Positions 44,500-58,200 of a stretch of 64,000 nucleotides of DNA are shown one piece after another. The notes below the pieces were generated by a model. It was not told where the DNA came from. It searched no databases and was given only the letters and a program-made list of their open reading frames with translations. This DNA is from Antechinus flavipes (lineage: Eukaryota): NCBI RefSeq assembly GCF_016432865.1, contig NC_067403.1, forward strand, positions 252,464,001 to 252,528,000, read 5' to 3'. Position numbers and translations under genes: made by a program. The first letter of the stretch is position 1, and each line of letters starts with the position of its first letter.

Positions 44500-44960
44500 C
44501 TAGGAAAAGGAAAGGAAGGGAAGGGAAAGGAAAAGAAGGGAAGGATAAGAAAGGAAAGGGAAGGATAAGAAAGGGATGAGAAGGGAAGGGAAGGATAAAG
44601 GAGGGAAAGGAAGGGAAGAGAAGAGAAGGGAAGGGAAGGAAAAAGGGAAGGGAATGGGAAAGGGAAAGGAAGGAAAAATAAAGAAGGAAGGAGAGGCTAA
44701 GGAAAGGAAGGGAAAAATAATGAAGGGATGAGAAGGGAAAGACAAAAAAGGGAAGGGAAGGATAAGAAAGGGATGAGAAGGGAAGGGAAGGATAAGGAAG
44801 GAATGGAAGGGAAGGGAAGAGAATAGGAAAGGGAAGGAAAGAAAGGAAAGGGAAAGGAAGGAAAGGGATGAGAAGGGAAGGGAAAAGAAGGATAAGAAAG
44901 GCATGAGAAGGGAAGGGAAAGGAAGGATAAGGAAGAGAAGGGAAGGGAAGGAAAAGGATG
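44500..44960. repeat. Polypurine (GGAAA/GGGAA)n low-complexity repeat
   Basis: About 460 bp composed almost entirely of G and A on the + strand. Confidence 0.95.
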
Positions 44961-47084
44961 AGTTTCTAACTCCAGGCCCAGCATTCTATCCATTGTGCCT
45001 CCTAGCTGCTCTCATAGATTCTTAATAAATGTTTATAGTCTGAATGACTGATTCCATCAGCATGAGAGAAGTGTGGCCCAGTTCTTCCTGAATTAGAAAT
45101 CCCAGAATAAATCACCAGAATTTCCATCTATCTGGCCCCTGCTGTGTGTTGTGCATGGAGGGAGCTCAATTTGTTAAGATGGCCTGAGCTCTCAGTGATG
45201 AAGCACCATCCAGGTCTCAGACTGTATTTGCCTATAGCTTGTAAATTGAGTTCAAGAGGCCCTAACTGCAACTGTATTAAATATAATCAAGCTAATTAAT
45301 TAGAGCAGCCAGCTGAGAGCCAGCTTCCTGCTCAATATTCAAAGCACAGACAGACACGAAATAGAGAATGGATTTAAAAAAATCAACTCAATCCCATCCA
45401 AGGTGAGAAAAGACAGACAGCACCAGTCACGTTCCCAGGGAATGAGACGTTTCATAGAAAGGCGCCGAATTGAATGAAACGCCTGGCTGATCTGAGGACT
45501 GTGTGAAAATTAGCTGTCGACATTCTCCATGTCTCTCCCCCCCTACGAGAACATGTGCACATACGTGCTCACACATACACAAACCTGTACACTCACAATA
45601 CTCCCCCCCACACACACACACACACACGCTGACTAAAGCCCAGTGGGTTCGGTGATCCTGCATCACCAGGTTCCCACACTGGAACCAGCCACATCCTCTA
45701 TGGGCTGGTAGCCACTATATGGTGCTGGTCCTGATATATGGGCAATTTTTGTAGAGGTTCCATGAACTTAAGAATGGATTTGACCAGTGTTTTGCAAATC
45801 TAATTGAAATGGCTTTAAAGTAAAAGATTGGGGTGGGATGAGACTATTTGTTTACCTCACCGTGGGCAAAAGCAAAAGTCTTTTTGGGTCATGGGTCATG
45901 GGTCCCTTGGATAGTCCGTCTGGTGAAGTTCAGGGACCCTTTTGCAGAATAACACTTTTTAAGTGCAAAAATTCAAACATGTAGGATTACAAAGGAAATC
46001 AATTCTATTTAAATAGCAAAATATTTCTTAAAAACAAGTTTAGGGGGCTTCACGATAAGAATCCCTACCTTAGAATGTTGCTGCAAAAGAAGCAAAAAGA
46101 ATAGCGTTCGAGACATCCCGAAATTCTCCAGAGACAAAAATCTTAGAAAAAAGCCAAGAGTAAAAACCTCTGGCTTTGAACATCTGTACCCAAATGCCCA
46201 AACTTCAGGCAACACAAAAGATGGGGCTCCTAATGCAAAGAAGCAAATTTGACTTCATAGCGTCCCTGAGCCTCGGTGGTCTTTTAGAGAAACACGGTGG
46301 CGTTCTATCCCCGTGGCCAGCCTAATGTTGGATTGGCAGTTTAGTTCGAGAAAGAACCTGGGGTCTGGTACCTTCTCCTGCCAGGGGATCTTCAGCATCT
46401 TCCTAAGACAATCCAAATGCAAGTGAGTAGTTTCTGGCGTGGCGCTAGTAACGGTCCAGGATTCACAGTCAAACAACAATGAGATCAGCATGATGGAGAC
46501 ACAGTTTGGAAAAAGACAGATGTCCCAATTTTCAAAAAAAAGGGAAGAGAACAGTATGTAAACTATAGGTCATTGACTGGGATTCCTGGGCAAATTCTAG
46601 ATGAACTCATCAGAGAGCTGGTTGGCAATTGTCTGAAAAAGGGAAGTGGGGGCTAATACCTCGAGCCAGTTTCACCAAGAACAGGTCATGTTAACCTGAC
46701 CTCATTTCCTTTTGGACAGGTTTACAAAACAAATGAGTGAACAGTCAACAAGTAGATGGATCCCTATGATATTTGGGGGTTTTGAGTGTGACTCAGTTGG
46801 GACAAAGTGACTTGCCCAGGGTCACACAGCTAGGAAGTATTAAGTAGGTTCCCCAAGATGGTACAATAGGTAGAACACTGGGTCTAGAGTCAGAGAAGAT
46901 ACCCTTTACTATACCCTTCACTTAGCTGCAAGTCATTTAACCTCAGTTTCCTCATCTGTAAAGTGGGAATAAAAATTGCACATCTCTCCCGGTAGCTGTA
47001 AGGTCTTTGTTTTATTATCACATAAGCACCTACTGTCTACAGCACGGTGCTGGGGATATAAAGAAAGGCTGGATTTAGTCTTTG

Positions 47085-47320
47085 TTCTTTTTTTTTTAAT
47101 AATAATTTTATATTGACAGAATCCATGCCAGGGTAATTTTTTTTTACAACATTATCTCTTGCACTCGTTTCTGTTCCAATTTTTCCCCTCTCTCCCTTCA
47201 CTCCCTTCCCAGATGGCAAGCAGTCCTATATATGTTAGATATGTTGCAGTATATCCTAGATACAATATATGTTTGCAGAACCGAACAGTTCTCTTGTTGC
47301 ACAGGGAGAATTGGATTCAT
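47085..47320 (-). mobile_element. L1 3'UTR, antisense
   Basis: Poly-T followed by the reverse complement of the 3'UTR family seen at 36640-37022. Confidence 0.8.
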
Positions 47321-47879
47321 AGTCTTTGTTCTTAAGGAGCTCAAAGTTTAATGTGCACTGGATCCCAGAGAGAAAGCATTATTATGAAGGGCCATTGGGA
47401 AAGGCTTCTTGTAGCAGATGGGATTTTAGCTAAGCCTGGAGAAAGCCAAAAGGTGGAGAGCAAGAGAAAGATCCTTCCAGGCCTAGGAAGTGGTCAAAGC
47501 AGGTGATGTTTCGGGGTCAAAGCCAAGCTCCTCGGCTGCAATCTGAACCACTGCCAGTCTTCTTAGCACTGGATTCTGATGCAGACAACTTTCTAGCTCT
47601 GCTTCGCTTAAATCCACTTATTACACAGCTCAGAAGTCATCGCCCGTTCCCTTTTAGAATTTTTTCCTGCCTAAGAGCCATGTGGGTGACAGGTAAGTGA
47701 TGAAGTAGCAGGAGCCGATACACTGGGAGCAGTGGTCACAACTCAGCACAACCCAGGCTATCGGGCTGCCCTTTCACTGGAAGCAGCAGTGGGGTTTGGC
47801 AGCCCCCCGGGGGTCTGAGCAGCCTTTTAAAGACCATCCTGCTTACCTGCTGGTGTGAGGAAGGGGTACGTTTGGGGAT

Positions 47880-49890
47880 CACTTGCCTGATTACTGCAGC
47901 AGGCAGGGATCCTACTCGGTGGCGAAAATAGCCCCAAAAATAATAGTACAAAAACTTTTGCAAAGATGATTCCACTCACTATTGATACATGCAATGTGTG
48001 AGCCTTATAGACTGCACAAAATCCCAGTAGACCTGAAAGACAAACAGCTCTTGCTGCAAGAGAACTCAGCTGGAATTGCATCCAAATAGTAATTCAACTG
48101 AAATGAGGCTGGCAAATGAAGGCCAACTTACTGAGATAGGAGCTGGAACCACTTTTTTCTGGAGGGTTCACAGTGATGGGGAGCACTGTGAAGCTTGCTG
48201 ATGTTTTACAACAGAAATTAATACAGTCAACAAGCTCATATGCCTCCCCAAAGGAGTGAATGAAAGGTTCGTGACAAGGCAATTGCCACTTGTAGGAAAA
48301 CGATGGGTTTTCCTACATCCTTAGTGTGTATGATCCCACCATGACAAACCCTGATGAGTTCAAAGAAAAATTTTTATGAAGATCTGAAGACCCTTATCAT
48401 TAATGTGACAGAAGCCAAGCTTATAATTCTGAGTGGTTTTATTTTTTAATAATATTTTATTTGTCCAAATACATATTAAGATAGTTTTCAACATTCACCT
48501 TTGCAAAACTTTCTGTTCCAAAATTTTCTCCCTCTCTCCATCCCTTCCTCCTCCCCACAATAGCAAACAATACAATATAGGGTAAACTTCTGCAGTTCTT
48601 CAGAATATATTTCCATATTCATCATGCTGTGCAAGAAAAATCTGATGAAAAGGGGGAAAACATGAGGGGAAAAAACCAAGCAAATAAACAACAAGAACAA
48701 AAAGGAGGGAAATACTATGCTTCGATCCATATTCAGTCCCCCTATTTCTCTCACTGGATGTGGATGGCACTTTCCATCACAAGTCTATTGGAATTGCCAT
48801 GAATCACCTCATTATTGAAAAAAGCCAAGTCCATCAGAATTGATTATCAAATAATCTTGTTACTGCTGTGTATGATGTTCTTGGTTCTTCTCACTTCACT
48901 TCGCCTCTCTAAGTCTTTCCGGACTTTTCTGAAACCATCTTTTCTTTTAGAATAATAATATTCCATTCCATTCATATATCATAACTTATTCTGCCATTCC
49001 TCAATTCATTGGCATCCACAATTCTGAATGATTTAATGCTAGAGTAGGCTCAGACTACCAGATATGGCAGGAAGTCCTGGGAAGAAATGGAGTTGGAAAC
49101 AGCAACAGCAATGGTCTCTTATTCCTGAAGATTTGTGCATCTCAAGACCTTCTCGTCACCAATATTGTCTTCTATTTATCTAAATGCAGTAAAAGTTTGT
49201 GGCTACACCTTTACAAAAACTTTGTGATTGTAGGGAGAAGAAACAGATGGGATGTGAAAGTGACCAAAGCAATGTGGGATGCAGGGTGCTGGACTGATCA
49301 TGGACTTATCCTCTCCAAGCTGAATATTCACATTTAACAAAAGCGGTGGCTCCAACGCAAGACAATTAACTACCAGAAAAGTTCATGTCCACAGATTAGA
49401 ATGTTTCTCCTGGCAGGTATAGTTCCTGGCTAACTTGGAGGGAAAGCTAAACCAACCCATGGTTGACATCAGTGGAACAGAAAAGGAGTCAGCAGCTTTC
49501 AGAGATTTGGTCTCCAGCTCTGCCTTCACTCCACTGGGCCAGAACAATCACAAACATCAAGACGCATTTAATAAAAATGATGGAGAAGTTCAGAAGAACT
49601 TTAGAATCTGTTGTGTGACATGAAAGACCAGGACACGGGACCACCCAGCATGGCCCGCACACATCAAAGAAGGTGATGGACTCTAAGAGCAAAGCAGAAT
49701 TCCAGTAGCTCAAAAGAAAAAGTAGATGGACAAATTTAGAACCACATCCACTCCAGATGTTCATTTGTGCCTGACCTGTTGCAAAGCATTCGGAGCTCAT
49801 ATTGGTTTGATCAGCCACAGTCACACACTGTATTCCAACATAATGATGTCATTTTGATCTTCTTCGAGGATGAAGGACAGCAACCAACCC
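47880..49890 (+). mobile_element. Decayed, internally deleted RTE LINE with a nested antisense L1 (about 48435-49020)
   Basis: RTE-type AP-endonuclease motifs (LTI..WNV-like start, RLANEGQLTEIG, DFNARVGSD, TDH.LILSKL) join directly to an RTE C-terminus and 3' tail (gatgtcattttgatcttcttcgaggatgaaggacagcaacc). Many stops and frameshifts. Confidence 0.75.
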
Positions 49891-49979
49891 ATCAATCACA
49901 GGTTGCCCATCAATCATTTGCTGCTCATGATTTGAATAAAGACACAGAATTTTCCTCACATTTTCAGATGCCACAGAAC

Positions 49980-50560
49980 TGAGAGGGACAGTTAAATGCC
50001 GTGAATTCAAAAAAGGTCTTGAGTTTAGAGCATGGGATTGAATTGAATAAGATGAAATTCAGTAGGGATAAATGTCAAACCTTACACTTGAGCATGAGAA
50101 AGTCGACTTCACAAGTAAATGATGGGAGAGATCTGCTTACGCATGAGTGGTTCTGAAAAAAAAAACTTAGGGGGTTTTAGTGACCTGTAAGCCCCGTATG
50201 AGTCAGCAGTAGAATGTGGCAGCCAAAAAGTTCATTCAGTCTTGTGCTGAATTAAGAGGGCACAGCTTGCAGGAATAGGGAAGTAAAAACAAAAATGATT
50301 GCTAAATTTCCAGGGTGTGCCTTTAGACCACAAAAATCAGTTAAATGCTACAAATTGGTGCTTGATTTTTTTTTTTGCTTTATTGATTTGTAGAAAATTG
50401 CAACAATAGTGACTAAATTTAAAAAGGTGCTTTTCATGCACTTTCTTCCCCTCCAGAGAGCTGGTTGTTAAACATTTATTAGCATGCCCCTGTTATGACC
50501 TTACTGGACCCTGCCATTGCCAGACTATGTCTGGAGCATTGTGTTCAGTTCAACATTCAC
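49980..50560 (+). mobile_element. Ancient CR1/L3 RT fragment interrupted by a MER63-like DNA-transposon remnant (about 50290-50492)
   Basis: CR1-like aagatgaaattcagtagggataaatgtcaaac and gcagtagaatgtggcagccaaaaag; MER63-like end gagagctggttgttaaacatttattagcatgcccctg. Confidence 0.45.
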
Positions 50561-51644
50561 CTGTGCAAAACCTTCTGTTCCAAATTTTTCTCTTCTCCAT
50601 CCCTCCCTCCTCCTTAAAAAAGCAAACAATCTAATATAAGTTAAACTTATGCAATTCTTGTAAATATATTTATCTGGGTACCATGATTTGTAGAATAATT
50701 ATACTGATCATTCTCATCATCATTAACATTTGCTATATACAACAGCATTTTCTATTTGTCAGTCACAATATAAGTGCTTTACAATTATTATTCTCTTTTG
50801 AACCTCACCTCAACCCTGTGTGGTAGGTATTATGATCATCTCCATTTTACAAAAGAAGAAACTGAGGAAAATAGTGGTTAAGTGGTTTGCACAAGGTTAC
50901 ACAGCTAGTACACTTCTGAGGTCAGATTTAAACTCAGGTGTTTTTGCTTTCAAGCTTAGGGCCCTATCTGTTTGGCCACCTAACTGCCCCAAACAAGATG
51001 TTTGTGAAAGGACAGAAATTCGTGTCCTATGAGAATAGGAGCAGGAGCTGGCTTGTTCTGCCTAGAGAAGAAATCTGATCTCTGTCTTAAAGTACACGAG
51101 GGGCTGGCACGTGGAAGAGAGACTTAATCCATCTGGCCCTAGAGGGGAGCACCAGGAGCCCTGTCCAGGAGCTGCCAACAGGCCAACTGAGGCTTTGTGG
51201 CCAAGAGGGAGCTGTCCAGCGGTGGAATGTCTGCTGGAGAACACGGGGCTTCTTCCCTTACGAATTTATTCAGTGTCTATGTGACTGTTTCTCAGGAAGT
51301 CATGCTGTACATGGATCAGGCTCGATGGCTCCTAAGATGCCTTCCAGCTCTCAGAATCTGTAATTCTGTGAATTTTATCTCTTTAGGCCAAGTTGTTTCA
51401 AATTGCGAAGCGTGTAAAATAGCATGAAGCTGATTTTCTCATGTGAGAACCGAATGAGAGCACGTATATGGAAATGCTTTGGAAGATGCCAGCTAGAATC
51501 TGAGGGAGATAAATTGGGCTGAGCAGATGAGGACCAGCTGAAAGACTGGAGAGGGAGGGAGTAGGAGAGGAGATGTGGGAAGGAGAGAAGCTCAGGAATG
51601 GGCCGGAATATCAAGAAGAGCCCATATTCCTATAGTACCTGGAA

Positions 51645-52345
51645 ATTTCTTTTTTTTTCTTTTTTTTTCTTTGCTTTTATTATTTTTTATTGAAGCTTTT
51701 TTATTTTCAAAACATATGCAAGGATGATTTTTCAGCATTGACCCTTGTAAAACCTTGTGTTCCAATTCATCCTCCTTCCCTCTTCCCCCCCCCTAGATGG
51801 CAAGTAATCCAATATATGTTAAACATATGCCTGGATGTTTCTTTCTTTTTTCTTTTTTTCTTTTCTTTTATTACTTTTTATTTTCAAAACATATGCAAGA
51901 ATAATCTTTCAACATTGACCCTTGTAAAACCTTGTGTTCCAATTCATCCTCCTTCCCTCTTCCCCCTCCCCTAGATGGCAAGTAATCCAATATATGTTAA
52001 ACATATGCCTGGATGTTTCTTTCTTTTTTCTTTTTTTCTTTTCTTTTATTACTTTTTATTTTCAAAACATATGCAAGGATAATTTTTCAACATTGACCCT
52101 TGTAAAACCTTGTGTTCCAATTCATCCTCCTTCCCTCTTCCCCCTCCCCTAGATGGCAAGTAATCCAATATATGTTAAACATGTACCTGGGAATTTTTTT
52201 TCTTTTTTCTTTTCTTTTCTTATTTTTTATTGAAGCTTTTTATTTTCAAAACACACACAAAGATAATTTTTCAACATTGACCTTTGCAAGACCTTGTGTT
52301 CCGATTTCCCCTTCCTCCCCCTTCCCCCTTCCTCTAGATGGCAAG
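51645..52345 (-). repeat. Tandem array of four ~178-bp L1 3'-end/poly-A units (antisense)
   Basis: ttattttcaaaaca(t/c)a...tagatggcaag recurs at 51701, 51878, 52056 and 52240, each preceded by a T-rich tract. Confidence 0.88.
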
Positions 52346-53440
52346 ATATAAATTAAACATGTACCTGGAAGTTTCCAAAGGGCTTTATGTTCCTTATCTT
52401 GTTTGATTTCCAATCGGTTATAGGATTTAGAACAGGAAAGTTCCTCCTTTCTTTTACCTTAAAGGTTTAAGAAATAGTTTATATACATAGGCACCCATGA
52501 AACAGGTGGTACAAAAATGATTGTACCCATCTTGCAGATGAGAAAACTGAGATTCAGGGAAATGTTACCTGTTATCCAACCCCGGATGGTAGAAAAAGGG
52601 AAGTTGATGTGTGTCCGGGCTTGTTCCAGGCACTGGGAGTTTGGCTGGTCCTTGTGCCCCAACAGGGAGCTGCTGGGGGACACCTGGGACCACGCCATCC
52701 TCCCCATCAGTGCACTCCTCCAGCCTGTGTTTTGAGCTCTCGTCCATTAGAGGGCAGCGCCTGCCAATGTCAGAGATGGGAAGCCAGCTGAGGGCTCGGT
52801 TGCTAAGGCCATGTTGGGAGTCAACCACCCAACAAGAGAGAGGTGCCGATCCCCCAGCCCCTCCCTCCTCAGCCCCCGGAACCCTGGGACTTTTCTATAG
52901 GTTGTAGCCTTCTCTGGTGCAAGGGGGGCTTGGGGAAGCCTTTCTGCAATGCTTGGGGGACAGAGCAGAGCAGAAACCTGGACTCCCAGTCCTAAGGCTT
53001 GGACCTCACTCCCAGGGGGCTGAGAGCTCAATCTGGGGCCCCGCCAGTAACAGATGTTTAAACTGAGACCCAAGGAGGCGAGGGTTTCCCTGGATCCAGC
53101 AGCTGGTCATTGTCTGAGGTGGGATTCGAATCCAAATCTTTGGCTCCTGAGCCTGCTATGCTAAAGTGATTTACCACATACTCTGCCTCCTTTTGCCTCA
53201 GTTTCCTTATCTGTAGAATAAATGGGCTGGACGAGATGACCTCTTTCTTTCTAGCTCCAGATTAAGATCTCAACAGTCATGGTTCCCAATTGGTCATGTT
53301 GCATTTGTCCTCCCCGGAAATCTGGGGAACACTCATCCAGACACTCCCCAAACCCCAGGGTGGGAGGGACCTCAGAAATGTAGTCCAACTCTTCTTGTAA
53401 CAGGAGAGGAAGCGGAAGTGGGGAAGGGGGTGGCCAAAGA

Positions 53441-53645
53441 TTGCCCTGGGACTAAGCGCCAGAATCGAGACTTGAACCCGGGACCCCAGTTTGGAGAAGG
53501 GGCTGGCCGACGGTTGCCTTGGGACTAAGCGTCAGAGCCGAGACTTGAACCCGGGACCATAATTTGGAGAAGGGGCTGGTCGATGGTTGCCCCGGGACCA
53601 AGCAAGCGCCAGAGCAGAGACTTGAACCCAGGACCCCAACTAGAA
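53441..53645. repeat. 73-bp tandem repeat, 3 copies
   Basis: ttgcc(c/t)tgggactaagcg...gagacttgaacccgggacc at 53441, 53514 and 53587. Confidence 0.8.
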
Positions 53646-54929
53646 GGTCAGGGCTTTTTTAGAAACTACAGCATCCTTCCCACACTCCAACACGTGCTCC
53701 AAGGCAGTCCATCCTCTGGAGTTCAAGCTCAGCGAGCTGTCCCAGTCTTCTGCTCCTGTGAGTGAAGGAAAGGGAAACTGCCCAACTGGGCATTCAACGG
53801 TGTGGAGGCAAAGTGCCCCCTTCTGGCTCCCACCGCCACTGCACCTAAGTGGACAGAACACGAGCAAGCCTAACAGGAAGCTCCACCTGGAGTATTCTTG
53901 GATGCTTTGAGGTAAAGGGGGAGCGTGGACTGTATCTGCTGCCTTCCTTCCCCCCTTCCCTCCCCCCGAATTTGGAACTTCCCTGCCTTTCCCAGGGTCC
54001 CCGTCCTTCTTCAATAGTCAGTTACAATGGGGGGACCTTGGGTTAGCCCAGAGCTCCAGTGACCAGAAAGTGAACAAGAGGAGTAATCAGTCTGCATTTA
54101 TTAAGCACCTACTGTATGCTAAGGATGCAAATATAGAAAGGAAACAATCCCTGCTGCCCTTAAGAAGTATCTGTTCTCTCTGAGGAGACAACTTGCATTT
54201 TTAAGCTTCTGTAGACTAACTGTAAAATAACACCCAGGTGTTGGGGAGGGCGGGCGCCTCCAGGACTGGCAGGGGGGTGAGCAAAGGCTTCCTGTGGAAG
54301 ATACTGTTTGTCCTCCGTTCTCTAAGAGGTCTGCGACCACAGCAAGGCGATCGGAGTGAGTGGGATTTGAGCTGAAGCAAACGGGACATTGTCAGGAGCG
54401 CAGATAGGGATGCTGCGTCCTCCAGGCGCTGGGAACAGCCAGAGCAAAGTCCCAGAGGTGGGAGATGGAATGGTAGCTGTGAGAAACAGCAAGAAAACCA
54501 GTCTGGCTGCACTGGGGAGAGCAGCAAGAGGAATAATGTAGAAGGGAGCAGAAAGGTTGGTTGGAGGCAATTCCCCATCCATAGGGCTCTGCCGGGGAAT
54601 TTCTCGAATTGGGGTCAGACCTGTACCCTGAGAAGGTGGCTCTGGCAGCAGGGATGGACCAGAGAAGGGAGAAGTCAGGAAGGGGGAGCTGGAACCAGGG
54701 GGGGCCCATGCGAGCAGAGAGGTTGGGTCCTCCTTTTTCAGAAGGGGAAACTGAGTCAGAAGGGGGGAAGTGACTTGGGTACGGTGCTTTTAGCATGCTT
54801 GGTGCTTAATACAGTGTGTGGCCCATAGAAGCATTAACCGAGTGCCTGCAGACCGTTGACAAATAGGGGCAGGGGCACCTCTCTCTGTCCCCCCTCCTCG
54901 ATAGTTCCTTCCCCCGTCTCTCTCCCCAC

Positions 54930-55060
54930 CTTCTCCTCCCGGCCTCCGCCTCCCTGGGGTTGTGGGGCAGCTGCGCATGCTGGCGGGGGTTCCCATACAT
55001 CACCGACCCAGCTTCCTGGAGACCAAAACCACAAGTCAGAGAGTGAGCGGCACGAGAAAG
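54930..55060 (+). promoter_or_regulatory. CD6 proximal promoter with ETS and RUNX motifs
   Basis: CTTCCTG (55012-55018) next to AACCACA (55027-55033) and an E-box CAGCTG (about 54968). The human CD6 promoter is reported to depend on Ets-1 and RUNX. Confidence 0.55.
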
Positions 55061-55199
55061 AGACTGAGGCAGAGAGGGAGAGAGCCCGAAGAGGAAGAGC
55101 GGGGCAGGGAGCAGGAGGCAGAGGAAGGAAAGAGCTCGTTCGTCTTCAGAATGGTTCTTCGCCTTTCCGGCGGCGGGGATGACTGAACGGGGACCAGAC

Positions 55200-55248
55200 A
55201 TGCTGCTTCTCGTCACCATCCTCGGGGGCCTGCTGGCCTCCGTCTCAG
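55200..55248 (+). CDS. CD6: CD6 T-cell differentiation antigen, coding exon 1 (signal peptide); the rest of the gene lies beyond the window
   Basis: The 49-nt phase-1 exon MLLLVTILGGLLASVS(G) ends at CAG|GTACC. Its length, phase and ccagacATG context match human CD6 exon 1 as I recall it (MWLFFGITGLLTAALSG), and its position after SLC15A3 is syntenic. Confidence 0.75.
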
Positions 55249-58200
55249 GTACCGACTCTGGGGCTTCCCTTCCCTTTGCGCCCGGCGCCTCTCGTTCCTC
55301 TCCTTCCCCAGAGCTGGGTGGGCCCTTGCTCTCAGGGCGCAGGACCAGGGGCTGGTTTGCCCGCTCGCCACTGTGGCTGGTGTCCACCTTAGGGAGCCAC
55401 CCGTGCTCTGTCTGCTTGGCTGGGGAACCGGTCTGAAGGAGGCTTCCAGGCTCCTCTGTGGCCCCTTCTGTATTTTTCCTGGAAGTGACATTCTGGGCCG
55501 AGGGAAGGAAGGGGGAGCGAGATTTCCTTAGCAGAGTCCTAACGTGAGCTGAGCTGATGGGGGGGGGTCCTAAGCTTAGTCGTGAGCTGGCAGAGCCACT
55601 GCTGACCCTCGGCCGCTTTGCACCAGGGGGCTGGCCTGCTCACAGAGCCCTCCTGGATAAGCCTGAGGCCCAAGAGGGCCTTGCTTAGGAGAGAAGACAG
55701 AAAAAAGCGACTTTCTCTGACCCTGGCCTTCAGGACTATCCGTTTGCCTTCTCTGGGATGGCGGCCATCCCTTGCTCTGGTTTTCTTGGGGATCAGATCA
55801 GTCGTCCTAATAAAGAATCCAGACAAGATGAGTTTTCTAGACTGGGATCCATCACCCATCCCGAGCCGGGAGACAGAGCACCTGCCCTGTTGTCCCTCAG
55901 CTCTTTTAAGCTCTTTTAAGCTGTTACCTGACCTGCCCATTCTCCACTGTAGGAAGCGCCTGGGGTATTGAGAGGGAGGCAATGAAAAACACCTGAAAGA
56001 CGGGAAAGAAAAAGGAAATCTGGGGGAGGAAATTACAGGGGGCCAAGAGCATCCATCACGAGGGCTTCAGGAGCGGCGTGGCTCAGAGCGGGGAGGGCGC
56101 CTAAAATAGCAGTAACAATAACAGTCATAGTAAACATGGTAACAATTATAACACTCGTGAAGGTTTACAAAACTCTCTGCACCTTATTTGAGAATATTTA
56201 TATTATCTTTTTGTAAATATTTGTTTTTTATCTTTATTCTCCATATATATAAATTCATATAGATACTGTTGTTTTCTATGTTAAAATAAAAGCTTCTTGA
56301 GGTCGGGGACTTTTAGTTCTGTCTTTGCATCCCTAGTGTCTAGTAGGGCCTGGCCCACAGTAGGTGATTAATAAATACTTTTTTTGTGTGAGGATCTCTT
56401 TAATTTCACAAAATTTCAGGAGCCCCCACTGAAAATTAGGTGTACTTTTAGTATCTGTCGATAGAGAAAATACGAAAGGACAAAAGAGGACGCGTCCATC
56501 TGGTTATGGATAGGAAGTAACTATGGCTAGCCATGTGGACCACTGAAAGGAGCCCTGATCCACTCTAAATCTAAGTTTTCAGGGACTATTAATGAAGCTC
56601 GGGAGAGCTTGAGTCACTCAGGGCCTAAATTGAAAGGATGGGATCTAAATTCTCTGCCTGAAAGAGCCCAGTTCTCTTTGCTACTTCTTGCTAGAGGGAT
56701 GATGGAGGGCCCAAGGGAGAGGGGGTCCCCAGGATGGAGAGGCAGCATGGCACGGGGGACTCAGGCTTGAGTCAGGGTCCCGTTGCCGCCACTTTTTGGG
56801 GTGTGACCTTAGGCGAACTCCTCCATCTCTGAGCCCCACTTTCTTCCTCTATAAAATGGAGTCCGACTTGCTTCTCTGAAGGTGAGGGGACTTACCTGCC
56901 CGAGCCCCGGGATCACAGGCCGCATTGGGGTCCATTTTCTCAGAGCCAGGAGCCGCCTGGAAAAGCTCGGGCTTTCCTCCACGGCCTGGCCCCTCTATTA
57001 GCTGCTTTCCCTACAGTACAGATTAATGTCTCGGAGATGCTCGGATTCGGTCCCACGGGGCCCCTGCTTTCAGCCGCAGTCTGACCCTGCTAATGGAGCT
57101 GGTGACCCCTGAGGGCAGCGGGAAAGATTTTTCCCTTAGCAGGGACCGGCCTTCGCCGCAGGACATTGCCATCCGAGGCAGACGCGGCCGACTCCAGAGT
57201 GCGGGGGTTGGTTTTTGCCCAACATGTGCCTTCACTTTGGCTGAGTAGGGATGGAGGACTCTGGGAGAAGACAAAGGGGAAGGGGAGTCCTGGGAGAGGA
57301 GCTAGTTATGTGTGAGTGTGTGCATCCTGTGCTTGGAGCACTCTCCCGATTCCCTCACATGTCCTGGGATCTCTCCCTCCATTCAAGCTTCTGCCCTTGC
57401 CCCAGGAAACCTTCCCTTCCTCCTGCTGCTCCATCCCCTCTGGACTGAAATGATTTTCTATTTCCACAACTTTTAGTTTGTATTTATTTATTATCTATTT
57501 ATATGTTGCTTCCCCACCCCTACCTGTCCAGTGGACTAGAAGCCCTGATTATTCTGCGTCTGTTTTTGTGCTCCCAGAGCAGCACATAGTAGGTATTCAG
57601 TAAAAGCTTATTAAATGGAGTTGGGAAGTGCCAGTTACAACCCTCCCCTCGGCTCCCCAACCTCGGTCTTAGCTACCCTTTGGGAGGCCGCCATCCGCCA
57701 TTGCTTTACTCTGCCCCCCCAGGCCAATCCCTCCCCATCTTTTCAGGCAGCAGGCCTTGACCCCCAGGAAACAATTCTCTTTCCTACCTGATCTCATAGT
57801 CTTCATTTTGAATTTGGATTTTCTTACCCTTGAGGATGGAGTTTCTTGGGATCCCAGGTACCACCCATCTCCTGGACTTTTTTAATAGACCCTCAAAATG
57901 AGCCCATTGAATTTTAATTTTCCAATGGGGATGGGGTGAGAGGGGGCCACAATTGAGTGATGAGGAACCTGAGGCACCCTGTGGGGAAAGGGGGGGATCC
58001 CTCAGAGAGGGCTCTCGGACCCCCTAGCACTAACTTGTCTACTTAGCTACAAGCCCTGAGATAAATAAGTCATTCCTTCTCTCGAGCCTGTCTCCTAACC
58101 GGCAAAATGGGAGAGAAGGTGAGAATATTTGCCCTCGCTGCCTTATAAGGAAGTCATAAGTAGAGCGTTCTGTAAGCCTTGAACTAACACAGAAATGGGT

